A DNA stretch of 64,000 bases, taken from positions 9,610,001 through 9,674,000 of the forward strand of contig JBHGNT010000003.1 in assembly GCA_043228905.1 (NCBI GenBank), read 5' to 3'. Position numbers and translations under genes: made by a program. Each line of letters starts with the position of its first letter. Within the stretch, counting starts at the first letter, position 1. The notes beneath the pieces were generated by a model, which saw nothing but the letters and a program-made list of their open reading frames with translations, was not told the origin of the DNA and searched no databases. This document shows, in pieces, positions 43,180 to 54,176 of the stretch. The stretch is from Azolla caroliniana. Its lineage: Eukaryota > Plantae > Polypodiophyta.

Positions 43180-43926
43180 ATTCCATTAACTTGAGATTGA
43201 AAATGGTCATGCAAATGGAGTTCCAAAAGAGGAAAGGACATAGAGATAGAGGATGAATATCATTTTAAATGCAAATGGAGTTTCCTTTTTATATAAATTA
43301 TGTCACCTGAACATAGAGGATGAGTACCATTTTACATGCAAATGTCCAACTTACATCGAGATAAGGGGAAAACACTAAGACATACTTGAACCCTCTTCCA
43401 ATTATTGGGTACCTCAGACATAAATACACTAGGTAGATATATCTTAGAGCTAAAACTACATAGAGAGAGTAAGCTACAAAATGTTACATTTTTCCAGGGA
43501 CAAGAGGGGACGATGAATGTGGAGACACTGGCATCACTTGGCCTCTTCCTCATTGAAGAAGAAAACCAAAGAGCAACCAAACACCCTTGGATATTAGGCT
43601 TCTAAGTCACTCATTGTCATGCAAAAGCAATTAAGAAGATAAGGGAATAGCAGTTACCCCACCTAGAAGCTATGGTTGGGATACCATTTACATCAAGACC
43701 ACGAACCACACTAGCATTGAAAGCATTCAACCCCCCACTCTTTTTCGTGAGACTTGGATAGAAATGAAACTAGTCTCAACACATGTCATTTCCTTTACAG
43801 AAAATGGTACACCCCATAACATTTCTGTATTGCGCTAAAACTCATTTATTTATGTTTTTTTTTGGATGGGTACACATCCCATTATTGTAATTGATTGTCT
43901 CATAGGCCAAATTTGGTCGTAGAAGA

Positions 43927-43959
<33 letters not shown>
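43180..43959 (+). mobile_element. Degenerate RTE-X-like LINE 3' fragment (family B)
   Basis: Homologous to 2440-3240 (IEDEYHF..KCPTY, LGRYILELK); same 3' hairpin and (CT)n tail. Confidence 0.85.
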
Positions 43960-43962
<3 letters not shown>

Positions 43963-44146
43963 AAAGAATGTTCATTTACTGAATTCCGTTACCGTGGCGA
44001 GAAGTTATGAGCATTTTCATCCGCAACCATCTTTGCCCCATGGTTCCTCAAACGGAAGGTAGATTTTGAAGCCCTAAATCGAGTTAAAGGTACATTCTCT
44101 CTCCTTCCCTCTTTGTCTCTCTTTTCCTGTAGGGTTTGTCCCTACA

Positions 44147-45016
44147 ATGGCAAATACTCGTAAAACCGCCGCAAAGTTCGGAGGTATGATTGATAATGAG
44201 CCGAGATCACCAACAAATCTTGATTCTAATGCAATGGACAAAATGCTTATGAGTCACTTGATTTCTCTTCAAGAAACCATAAACAAACAAGGTGAAGAGA
44301 TTAGGACGTTAATGAAAGAGAATACTAAGCTCCAAAGTGTTGTCATTGAGAATGAAAGTCTTAAACAAGTGGTTGCAAAACTTCAAGAAGAGATTCAAGA
44401 ATGTAAAAGAGCTTCTTTTGAAACAAATGAGCGCCTTAACAAGATTGAGTTAAAGGAAGCATTAAAAGAAGAAAAATTGGACACGATGAGGCGGGATGTA
44501 AGTGAGATGAAAAATGTATGTACAATGAAGTCATGGGCCGATGTATGTGGTGGGGATGTGCTATCAAACTCATCTAATATGCATGTGATGTATCAAGAGA
44601 AGAATATAGAAAGCATAGATGTCCAAGAATTGAAAGAACGTGAACGACGATCAAAGAACATTGTCGTCCGTGGGATTAAAGAAGAGAGTATTGAAACACC
44701 CGCATCCCTTGGAAAGGCCATTGGTGAATTTTTTAGCATGCATTATGGGATGTCAGATGTGAATGTATATGGGGCACACCAAGTTGGGAAACATGGCGTT
44801 ACTCGCTCCGGAGAAAGGCCTATTGTATGCACAATGACAGATGATACAAAGCGGCGGATCATACTCGAAAATAGTTGGGTATACCTCAAAGGTACACAAT
44901 GCTTTGTGAGTGAAGATCGTACTATCTCACAACAAAATGCTCTTCGTAAAGCATATGAAGAAAGATTGAAAAACAAGGTTAAGGATGTGCCTAAAGATGG
45001 CAATGTAGGCAAATAG
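44147..45016 (+). CDS. LINE ORF1 (coiled coil plus RRM-like region), 289 aa
   Basis: Open frame with the ERERRSKNIVVRGIKE and RPIV motifs typical of LINE ORF1. Confidence 0.88.
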   Translation: MANTRKTAAKFGGMIDNEPRSPTNLDSNAMDKMLMSHLISLQETINKQGEEIRTLMKENTKLQSVVIENESLKQVVAKLQEEIQECKRASFETNERLNKIELKEALKEEKLDTMRRDVSEMKNVCTMKSWADVCGGDVLSNSSNMHVMYQEKNIESIDVQELKERERRSKNIVVRGIKEESIETPASLGKAIGEFFSMHYGMSDVNVYGAHQVGKHGVTRSGERPIVCTMTDDTKRRIILENSWVYLKGTQCFVSEDRTISQQNALRKAYEERLKNKVKDVPKDGNVGK

Positions 45017-45022
45017 GGACAC

Positions 45023-48000
45023 GTGATCTATGAGACTAACCCACGACTTTTACGACTATGCTTTTGGAATTGCAATGGACACCCATGGAATGCAGGATTT
45101 GGCATAGAGGAGTTCACCGATGACTCGGATATCACACTTCTTGTTGAAACATGGGAGCATGATACTCAAAGGATTCAAGGTTTAGGAAACTATAATGTAC
45201 ACTCTTTGATATGGAAGAAAATTCCAAGACAAAGAAGAGGACAAGGAGGGGTGGCATGTTTGATTAAGAAGGAAATAGAGAAATATGTGTCAATCATAAA
45301 AAATGATGAAAATAAATGCTACATATGGCTCAAAATAGAAACACCTAATGATTTGCCCACTTTTGTAGTTGGATGTTACATTCCTCATCAAGATTCTAAC
45401 TTTTATGCTTGTTTGGATAAAGATCAACCGTTTGCCAATCTAGAAGATGATATTGCTTATTTCAAATCCAAAGGGGAAGTTATTGTCTTTGGTGACATGA
45501 ATGCTCGTACAAGAAGTTTCCAACTTGATTCACAAGAATCTTTCATGCCACATATCTCAAGGATGCAAGAGGATATGCAAATGTATAACTGCTCTTCTAG
45601 CGATGAAAAAGATCCAGACCAATTTGGGAAGTTACTCCTACAAATGTGCAATAGTACCGGATTGCTTATTGCAAATGGTATTTCCTTATGGCCCAACACT
45701 AATGGTTTTACATGTAGAAAACACAACGGAAATAGTGTGATTGATTATGTGCTACTTTCCGAAGGTATTTTGGATCGTATACATAAATTCTCACTTGGTG
45801 AATGGACACCGGAATCCGATCATAGGCCTTTATGTATTGATCTCAAATGTATGCATAGGTTTGATTGTGAGAAGGCTATTTAAGATAATAAACAACCACA
45901 CTTGAGCATGAACCTTAAGCGAGCACCCATGTACTCCAACATGGTTGAGGATATGTTACAAATGACAAAGATACAACATGGTGCCACACTAGAATGCAAA
46001 TGGGAAGCTTTCAAGAAAGTCATTCTCTCATCTACAAACAAATGTTTTTCGACCAACCGCACATCTTGGAAATGCACCAAGAAACTTAGGAAAAAATGGT
46101 TTGATAAAGAATGTCGTGAAGCTCGAAAGTGCCTTATGGTTTTGGATGTAGTTAAGGATAAAGAGAATTACCAAAAGCATTTGCATGAGTATAAAAGGCT
46201 TATTCAAAGAAAGAGAAGAATATGGGAAGTTACTCAACAATTTATCCAAACGCAAGAGAAAGCACATGCATGTGCTAAATTTTGGGGAAATCTAAAGGGA
46301 AAACGTGTTGAGAGTTATGGTGACTTAACTCTTCACGACTTGTCTATGCATTGTAAGAATTTATATGAGTTATCTCTTTCCGGAAAGATGATGTGTTATG
46401 GTTCTCTTTCACATATGCCTCCCTTCTTTACAATTGAAGATATATGCATAGGACTTAAGAAATTGGCCTCTCGAAAGGCAAGCGATCTTCAATGTATAAA
46501 GGCTGAAATGCTCAAATGGACAGGAAATGAAGCACATATATGGATAAGCGATATGTTTAATGATGCATTGCAACATGGTATGCCGTACGATTGGACTACA
46601 AATTGGATCAAACCTTTACATAAAGGTGGAGATATAAATAATGTAAACAACTATCGAACCATCATGGTTGGCTCATTAATGGCAAAACTATTTGGATGTA
46701 TAATGGAATCAAAGATAAGTGTATGGGCTGAAAAAAGTGGTAAGAGAGCTTATGGACAAGCTAGCTTTCGGAAACACCATAGCACCATTGATCACCTTAT
46801 CACCCTTCGAGTATTAATGGAGGAAAGTCGCCTTAGAGGTAAAGGTTTATATTGTTGCTTTGTAGACTTCAAGAAAGCTTTTGATATGGTACCTCGTGAG
46901 CATCTTTGGAGGCGAATGGAAGAACTTGAGGTGCCAAGTGAATGTATGTTTACAATTTCCTGAATTTATGAGAAGGTTATATGTTGTGTGCGCATGAGAG
47001 ATAAACTTTCAGATTTTTTCAAAAGCACTATTGGTGTTAAGCAAGGATGCCCACTCTCACCAACACTATTTGGTCTATGCATTGATGAATTGGAAGAAAT
47101 GGTTACCAAGTTTGCAAAGGAAGAATGTGTTGCAGAAGTTGCCATTGGGAATGTTGTGATTATGTTTTTGCTATATGCAGATGATGTAGTGCTTCTTGCA
47201 AATACTTTAGGAGATGCACAAAAGCTTATGAAGGCATTGGAAAAATTTTGCATGCATACTAAATTAAGTGTCAATAGCTCTAAAACAAAGATTATGCTTG
47301 TGAAGAGCCAAAAAAGAGATAAACCATGCATTATGTACAACAATGAGCCACTTGAATGTGTGGAAAGCTTCAAATATCTTGGCCTTGAAGTTCCTTCAAA
47401 TCATAGATGGAATGAATGTGCTACACGCCGCTTAGAGGCGGGCAAGCGAGCATACTATGCATTTGAGAACACATGCAATCTTGGAGATATTAAGTGTTGG
47501 GTCCTCAAGAAATATCTTTTCGACACTTTGGTGACACCGGTTCTTCTCTATGGGGTGGAAGTATGGGGCGGTAGCATCCCTAAATCTATGTGGAAAGAGT
47601 TTGAAAATGTCCAAAAGCATTTTCTTACCAAGTTTCTACAAGTTAAGAAACAAACGCCCTACACCCTCCTCCTCCTTGAGACGGGATCGCTTCCCATTGA
47701 GATCATGGCCATGGAAAGGGTTGTTGAATACATGCTTAAGGTTCAAAAAAGTCCCTCACATCGACTTCCTAGAATTGCGTGGGAAGCAAGCAAAAAGATC
47801 CAAAATACGCATAAAAGCAAAATTTTGTGTTCCAGTTGGATGCAAGATATAGAAAAATGGTTTGGTAGATGGGATGCAAGACACTTGCTTCATGATGCAT
47901 CATTAGATTCCTCTGTAAATGAGGCCTTTTTGCAACGCCAATGTATCATGACATGGGACAAATGTGGAGGCTCACGCTTCACACATTATACTACACATGT

Positions 48001-48397
48001 TGCACCTAACTACAAAACCATATTCTTTGCGGAACGGGGAAATTGTACACATCCATACATGTTAGAGCCCATACCGTTATCTTCCATTCGAACCATTGCT
48101 TCCATGCGACTTAGCTCACATGCATTGCGATGTCAAACAGGGTGTTGGGGTACAAGTGATGAGAGTGGTCGGTTATGCACACTTTGCCCTAAACAAGTTC
48201 GCGAGTCTGAGTATCACACTTTGATACAATGCTCTGCCTTTGATCATATTCGACCATGCTTTCCACATCTCTTCGATCGAGCCCAATCTTTGCATGAATT
48301 CCTCTCACAACCACAACGTGCACTCTCGATTGCAACATTCATTGGTAAAGTTCTTGAACATCGAGAGTCACTACTCACTTTCACACGTATCACGTGA
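45023..48397 (+). pseudogene. LINE ORF2 (endonuclease-RT) with two in-frame stops (45881-45883, 46961-46963)
   Basis: WNCNG, ETW, GDMNAR, IDY, SDH (endonuclease); FVDFKKAFD, GVKQGCPLSP, YADD, KYLG (RT); RLSSHALR...LCTLC...EYHTLIQC. Confidence 0.95.
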
Positions 48398-48469
48398 AAT
48401 GTAATATTTGTGGTCTCATAGGTCATATTTGACCTTTGAAGACAATAATATAATCTATCTATCTATCTA

Positions 48470-48528
<59 letters not shown>

Positions 48529-50919
48529 CCCCCCCCCCCCCTTAGAATACATGCTTAATGTTACGGGCATGACCATATAATATCCCGTGGTCAGAATTTA
48601 CCGTAGTATTCTATACACGTGGATAAGTGTGAGGGTTAAACAAGAGTGTAAAGAAGGGGAGGATTACTTTTAATCCTCGGGATTGAGACAACCCATTAGG
48701 CCAAGTGTGAACATGACTGGGGGCCTTGGGTATCGCTATAAATAAGAGGCCTAACTACCCTCATTTCATCAGTTGTTGACTACGTCGAGACTCTATCTTG
48801 TGGTGGGTCAACTCTTGTAGCGAGCGCGCCAGCACCAGGTACGACTTGACACCATGACAGTGGTATGGGACGCCGATCGAGGTATGGATGTCATCCGCTC
48901 AAGTAGAAGGAACTCAAGGAAATCGTCCTGGACAAATGTCCATTGAGATGTACTTTTCGCAAATAACCCAATACCTTAGTTTCACCGCTCAACAGATGAC
49001 CGAACTTCAGCAATCTCAAAGTGCTCTCGAGGCACATGTGATTAGTTTACAACGTGAGACTAATAGAACTGATGAGCGACAAGGTGAACCATCGTTTGTC
49101 GCTAAGCCATTTACGGGAGAAAAAAAGGAAAGAACCGAAGAAGCAATCTGCACGTGGTTGGGCCGATGGGAGTCTCATTTTGAGCTCTATCCCATGCCAG
49201 ATAGTACGAAGATTGCATATGTCAGCCGAGAACTAGGGGGTAAGGTCGTCGTCTGGTGGTGTGGGCTCCGTACTTTGGGGAAATTGCCCGATACTTGGAC
49301 AGATTTTGTCACAGTTTTCAAGGGCCAATTTTTGCAACCTCCCTCTCGAACCGAGGTAGCACAAGCTTTAATGAACCTCTGTAGCAGGAATTTTTCCTCA
49401 CTAGAAGACTATGTTCACCATGATAGAACCCAAATCCAAAAATCGGGTCTAGAAGGGGACAATTGGTTAATATCTTGTTTTGTCAATGGCATCCCCAATT
49501 CGGACTATCACTGGATAGTGCACGATAAGGATCCAAAATCCTTTGAAGAGGCCATTGAAATAGTTCTTTGCTATCAACGCACTTCAAAGAAGGACCACAA
49601 CAAACCCAACGAAGCGCCCGGGACTAAGTAGTCGCAATTCGCTGGGAAACGCAAGACACCCAACAAATTCATGGATCGCGATTGTAAGCGACATCATCCT
49701 TTTTGCGTATTCTGCAAAAAGAAGGGTCATACAAAAGAGCAATGTTGAAAGCTCAAACGGAAAGAGCACGACAACAAAGCTAAAGCTGCAAACCATAAAG
49801 GTCAGATTCCTAATGTCCTTCAAGTCTATACACATCATTTAAGTAATTGTCAATGTTCTTTCCCTCACTATGTATTGGGTCCCAATGATTTACTACGTGC
49901 AAACGGGTATATCAATGGATCTCCCGTACAATTTTTATTTGATTCGGGAAGCTCACACAACTTTGTCAATGATCGTTTGGTTCAGATATGGGGAATCCAA
50001 CCCACCGTTAGTGATCACACCTACACGGTGCACTTGGTTGATGGAAGAGTATAATACATCAACGGGGCGATTCATTCATTAGGAATTTCTATTGATACTT
50101 ATATAGAGGAAGTAGACTTCCATGTAATGAATATTTGTACCACCGATGTAATACTGGGTTATCCCTAGTTTTATAATAAAAACAATTCTTTATCTATTGA
50201 TTGGGTTCATCATTCAATAACATTTGTACTTAATGATTGTACTCATTTTATTCAATGTGTAAAAAAACAATCCCTCTCGATTGTTTCCTCTCCATCAATA
50301 TCCGAGTTGTCTTGTTCTACTCTATTTTATTGTGTACTTGATCCGGACATTCACGTTTACAATATCGATAATGTCTCGATTCAATTAACATATTTTGAAC
50401 AACAACAACTTGATGAAATCTTAAATGATTTTCGTGATGTTTTTCCGAGTGAACTACCAAATGGTTTACCTCATAAACGTAATATAGACCATCGTATAGA
50501 TATTGTACCTAGTGTACCTCCTTATCGCTTAAGTCGATCTGAAGAGGATGAAACATGTTCTCGTTCACAAGTGGAAGGATCGCGCATAAATGGAAGGATA
50601 AGGAAAATTTTGGTTGATTTTAGGGCTTTTTCAATAATTTTACAAAACACATTGATACCAGTATCATACATGTTCAAACATACTATGAAAAAGGTTAAAA
50701 ATCCATTATTTTCATGATTTAGAAGTAACTAAAAAAAGAGGAATTTCAAAAAGTTACATTCTCAATTTTTATCACAAACTTTACAACCAATGTTATTTTA
50801 TAAGAAACGATTTTTTAGAAATCATAAGAATTCAAAACACATGCTTTTATATTACTCGATTTGTTACAAGCGGAATGTAGTAACACTTAATAGCCAAATA
50901 TACATTCCTAATCATTCCT

Positions 50920-51575
50920 TTACGGAGAATCACTACTATAACTAATATACAATGACGATTCCTCCTCGTCATCCTCGGATGTACCAATCAGTGCATTATC
51001 TTCGTCATAAACGAAATGGTTTGACTCTAGATTATATGTAGCAGATCTCGTTTGCCTTTGACTAGAGCCACCTTGTAGACCTGGTAATTTTTCTTTTATT
51101 ATATCTATTGTTGACTTCCTTAATCGTCCGACTTTTGTAAGTGTGAAGTCGTACACGATGATATCCACATCAGAGATATCAAGGGTCGAGGTGTTACGAA
51201 TGTTTCGCTTCCTCTTCCTACCTCCCCTTCTTGTTGGGCATTAAATCATCTCCAATGTATCTGTAAAAGCATTTGCACTTCTAGTGTTGTACCAATGAAT
51301 GTTTATAGACTTGATCGTGTTTTCTATTTCATGCATTAACACTTCTAGAATTTTACCCACCCAAAATTGTTTATAGACTTGATCGTGTTCTCATCAGCCG
51401 GCGTTGCAATCAACATCCCCGCCGTGAGCTCTTGCAAATTGCCTTGCCATCTAGCTTCGGCTGCTTTGGTCATCCTTGGTCCCACATAAATGTCTCTTTG
51501 TTGTGGATGGACCAAACTATCATTAATCGCATTTGCTGGTTGCTCCGGAGTTCTATTTACACGGTCATGTTGCAG
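50920..51575 (-). pseudogene. C-terminal remnant of a transposon protein (putative transposase tail)
   Basis: GMLIATPADEN..FWVGKILEV...INIHWY...RKRKR...IVYDFTLTKVGRLRK followed by an acidic tail; one frameshift and one stop. Confidence 0.65.
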
Positions 51576-51604
51576 CGACCATGTGGAAAAGTATGAGTCT
51601 TTGA

Positions 51605-53468
51605 AAATATGAGTCTTGGTTTCAATTAGCCTTTAGAGATGGAGAAGTATGGGACCTACATGATCAAATCTTCTCAATGTGGGAGAATAAGGAGGTCAAG
51701 GGTCAATGACAAAAGAAATGTAAGGTTGACCCTCAACTAGAATTAAAGTCACAAGCGGCCAAGAAAATTGACTTGACAATTGAAGAAGCGGTTGATGACA
51801 TGAAGTTGTCTCTGTGGAGAGCGATGCAAGGTATTAAGGACGAGCAACTTCTTGTGTCTGTTTTGTCAAGGGCTGGGGCCAAAGATTTAAGCCTTCAAGA
51901 AATGGTCACTGAGTTCAATAAGTAAGTCTTTCAAATATTGATATTGCAGTCTATATGGTGCAATTGAAAGTTCTAATCTCGTTTTCTAATTTCACAGTCA
52001 TAAGGTGTACATGAAGATCGAAGAAGTTATGATGAAACAACTTGGATGTATAACTTGGGAACAAGTGACCGAGGATTATCCTCTAATGTCTTCATATAAG
52101 GCATTATCAGAGTATTTTATTGCATTCAAGGATTGGGTTAGTATTGGTGGTTTTTCATTAAGCTTTCATCATATGTAGACCTTGTATAATAAAACTTGAT
52201 GTCCGATTGCTTCTATTAGAAACCGTGTCGTGGCAAGAAACAAGGAGAAGTTAAGGATATACACGATTTCCCGACATCCTTCCTTGCACATCTTGAGAGA
52301 GCTAGAAAAGAAAAGGATCATCGCTTAGTCAATGCGTACGAAATGGAGGAAGATGGCTCCTTCAAAAAATTTAGCCACAAAAAAGATATTATGAGAGATC
52401 TTTACTACAATGTGGTTTGCGGCGATGTCGTTGACATGATCCAAAATGTGCCAAAGAAGGAATATATGCTAATGATTGCGGATATTCCTTACGGATTTCG
52501 AATGCCAGGGTCATCATACGACGATGAACTGTTTAGGTTTAAACAGTTGGAGAAGATGGTCAAGGATTTTGCTGAGCTAACGACTTCATCCTTGTGGAGA
52601 ATAGTTGTCTTTCATAGTATGGACCAAGGGTACTCGGTAGCTGAAGCTTTGATATCTCGTTGCCATGGCATCAAGAACCTTGCATGGTAAGGATTATTTA
52701 TAGGTCTCATTCACTATATTCCCTTTCTTAAGATTGTTCAATCTATTCTTAACTCGATGTAATATTTTTTGTAGGATAAAAACCAATGTAAATAGAGGGC
52801 CAACCTCGATGAAATTAAGAAACAAAGAATCAAGGAGCATTCTAATGAAGTGGGAGATTCAAATCTGTTGGTATATCCAACAGTGACACGGAAATTGCGA
52901 CATGTCACCACGATAGAACGGGGACTTGTCAACCCATACCAAAAACCTGAACGACTTATGATGTGCTTGATCGAGATGTTTCCTATCGAAGGAGACTAGA
53001 TATTAGATCTCTTTTCTGGCACAGGTATTCCTCGAACTAGGGTAACGATCTTGAGATAACCAATACTGAATCTTTTTTGTTTGAGAACTAATTCTTCTTG
53101 TTACTTTCTTCACAGGAACAACGTTTGCATGTGCATTGAAGCTCTTTAGAAACACAATTGCATTGGAGAAGGACAAGGAGCAGGTTATATTTATAAACAT
53201 GAGGATTAAGGCTTTGTGGGAGTGCCTAGACCAGGATGAGGAGGTCAGTGCAAAGAACCTCGCTGATACAGAAAGGTTTCAACCTGCTTCGCGAGAGCCT
53301 ATTCCTCCGTTAGCCAGGGAACCAGGGGAGCTAATAGAGCTTGATGATGAGCTTATAGAAGATATTTCATTGGCTCGGCTAACAGGGGAAGCCAATGCAC
53401 ATATAGCCGAAGAGACTTCTATACAGGATGATGAAGAAAATGACATTGACGATTTGATTGCTATGTAA
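51605..53468 (+). pseudogene. Spliced beta-class DNA amino-methyltransferase (N6-adenine/N4-cytosine family), 5'-truncated and decayed
   Basis: Exons ~51605-51921, 51998-52136, 52220-52686, 52775-53024, 53116-53468 with GT-AG introns. Motifs CGDVVD, IADIPYG (motif IV, DIPY at 52481-52492), W-IK, NPYQKP (52931-52948), ILDLFSGT|GTT (motif I), RNTIALEKD. Two stops and one frameshift/deletion. Confidence 0.88.
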
Positions 53469-53901
53469 TAGACTATATGAAGAAAATGGCATTGACGATT
53501 TGTTTGGATTTCACATTATTAATACAAATTTTGGGTTTTACTTGGTGGATTCTATTCTTTATAATCTTCTATATGTTTCAATTTTATTTTTATATACTTG
53601 GTTAGTAGACTTATGACATTGGTTTCACCGCGTGCATAGTTGGCTACCAAATTTATGGAGAAACATGATTTAGTTTAAATTGAGGCTGATTTTGGTCCAA
53701 GTTTACCTTAACATAACATGGTCATAGAATTGTTGCCATGACTGTCCATGTTGTTATTATGGATCTTTGTCTTCTATTGTTAAAACTATTATGTTTCTAT
53801 TCCATTGTTGTTTAGATTGTGTGGTGTGTTAATAATGGTTCCACTAGTGTTATCCGCATGTTTTTATACGCTTGTAGTTCCACTAGCGTTATCGTTCGGA
53901 G

Positions 53902-54176
53902 TTTGATCCCATGTGAATCACCTAAGCAATAGAGTAGATCAATTTTAAATACAAGTATGAAATCCTTAATAGGTTTGTTATTTCCACCACATTATCCTAA
54001 AGTTCACTGTCTTACATTGTCCACAATTATATACATATGGTTTGATCCCATATGAACAAACTGAGGAATAGATGAGATCAACTTTAAATACAAGTATTGA
54101 ATACTTTAATAAGTTAGTTATTCCAATCACATTATCCTAAAGTGCACTATCCTACATTGTCCACAATTATATACAT
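53902..54176. repeat. ~138 bp tandem duplication inside the DNA transposon
   Basis: tttgatccca...cacaattatatacat occurs twice. Confidence 0.85.

Larger units (their letters stand above)
43960..48525 (+). mobile_element. Full-length RTE-X-like LINE (family A)
   Basis: 5' UTR, ORF1, ORF2 (APE endonuclease, RT, C-terminal CxxC..H..C), 3' hairpin and (ATCT)n(CT)n tail; preceded by (CT)n. Confidence 0.95.

Noticed and set aside
51605-53468. Bacterial contamination as the source of the methyltransferase
   Set aside because: The gene has spliceosomal introns and lies between TIRs with a TSD inside a plant Gypsy element.
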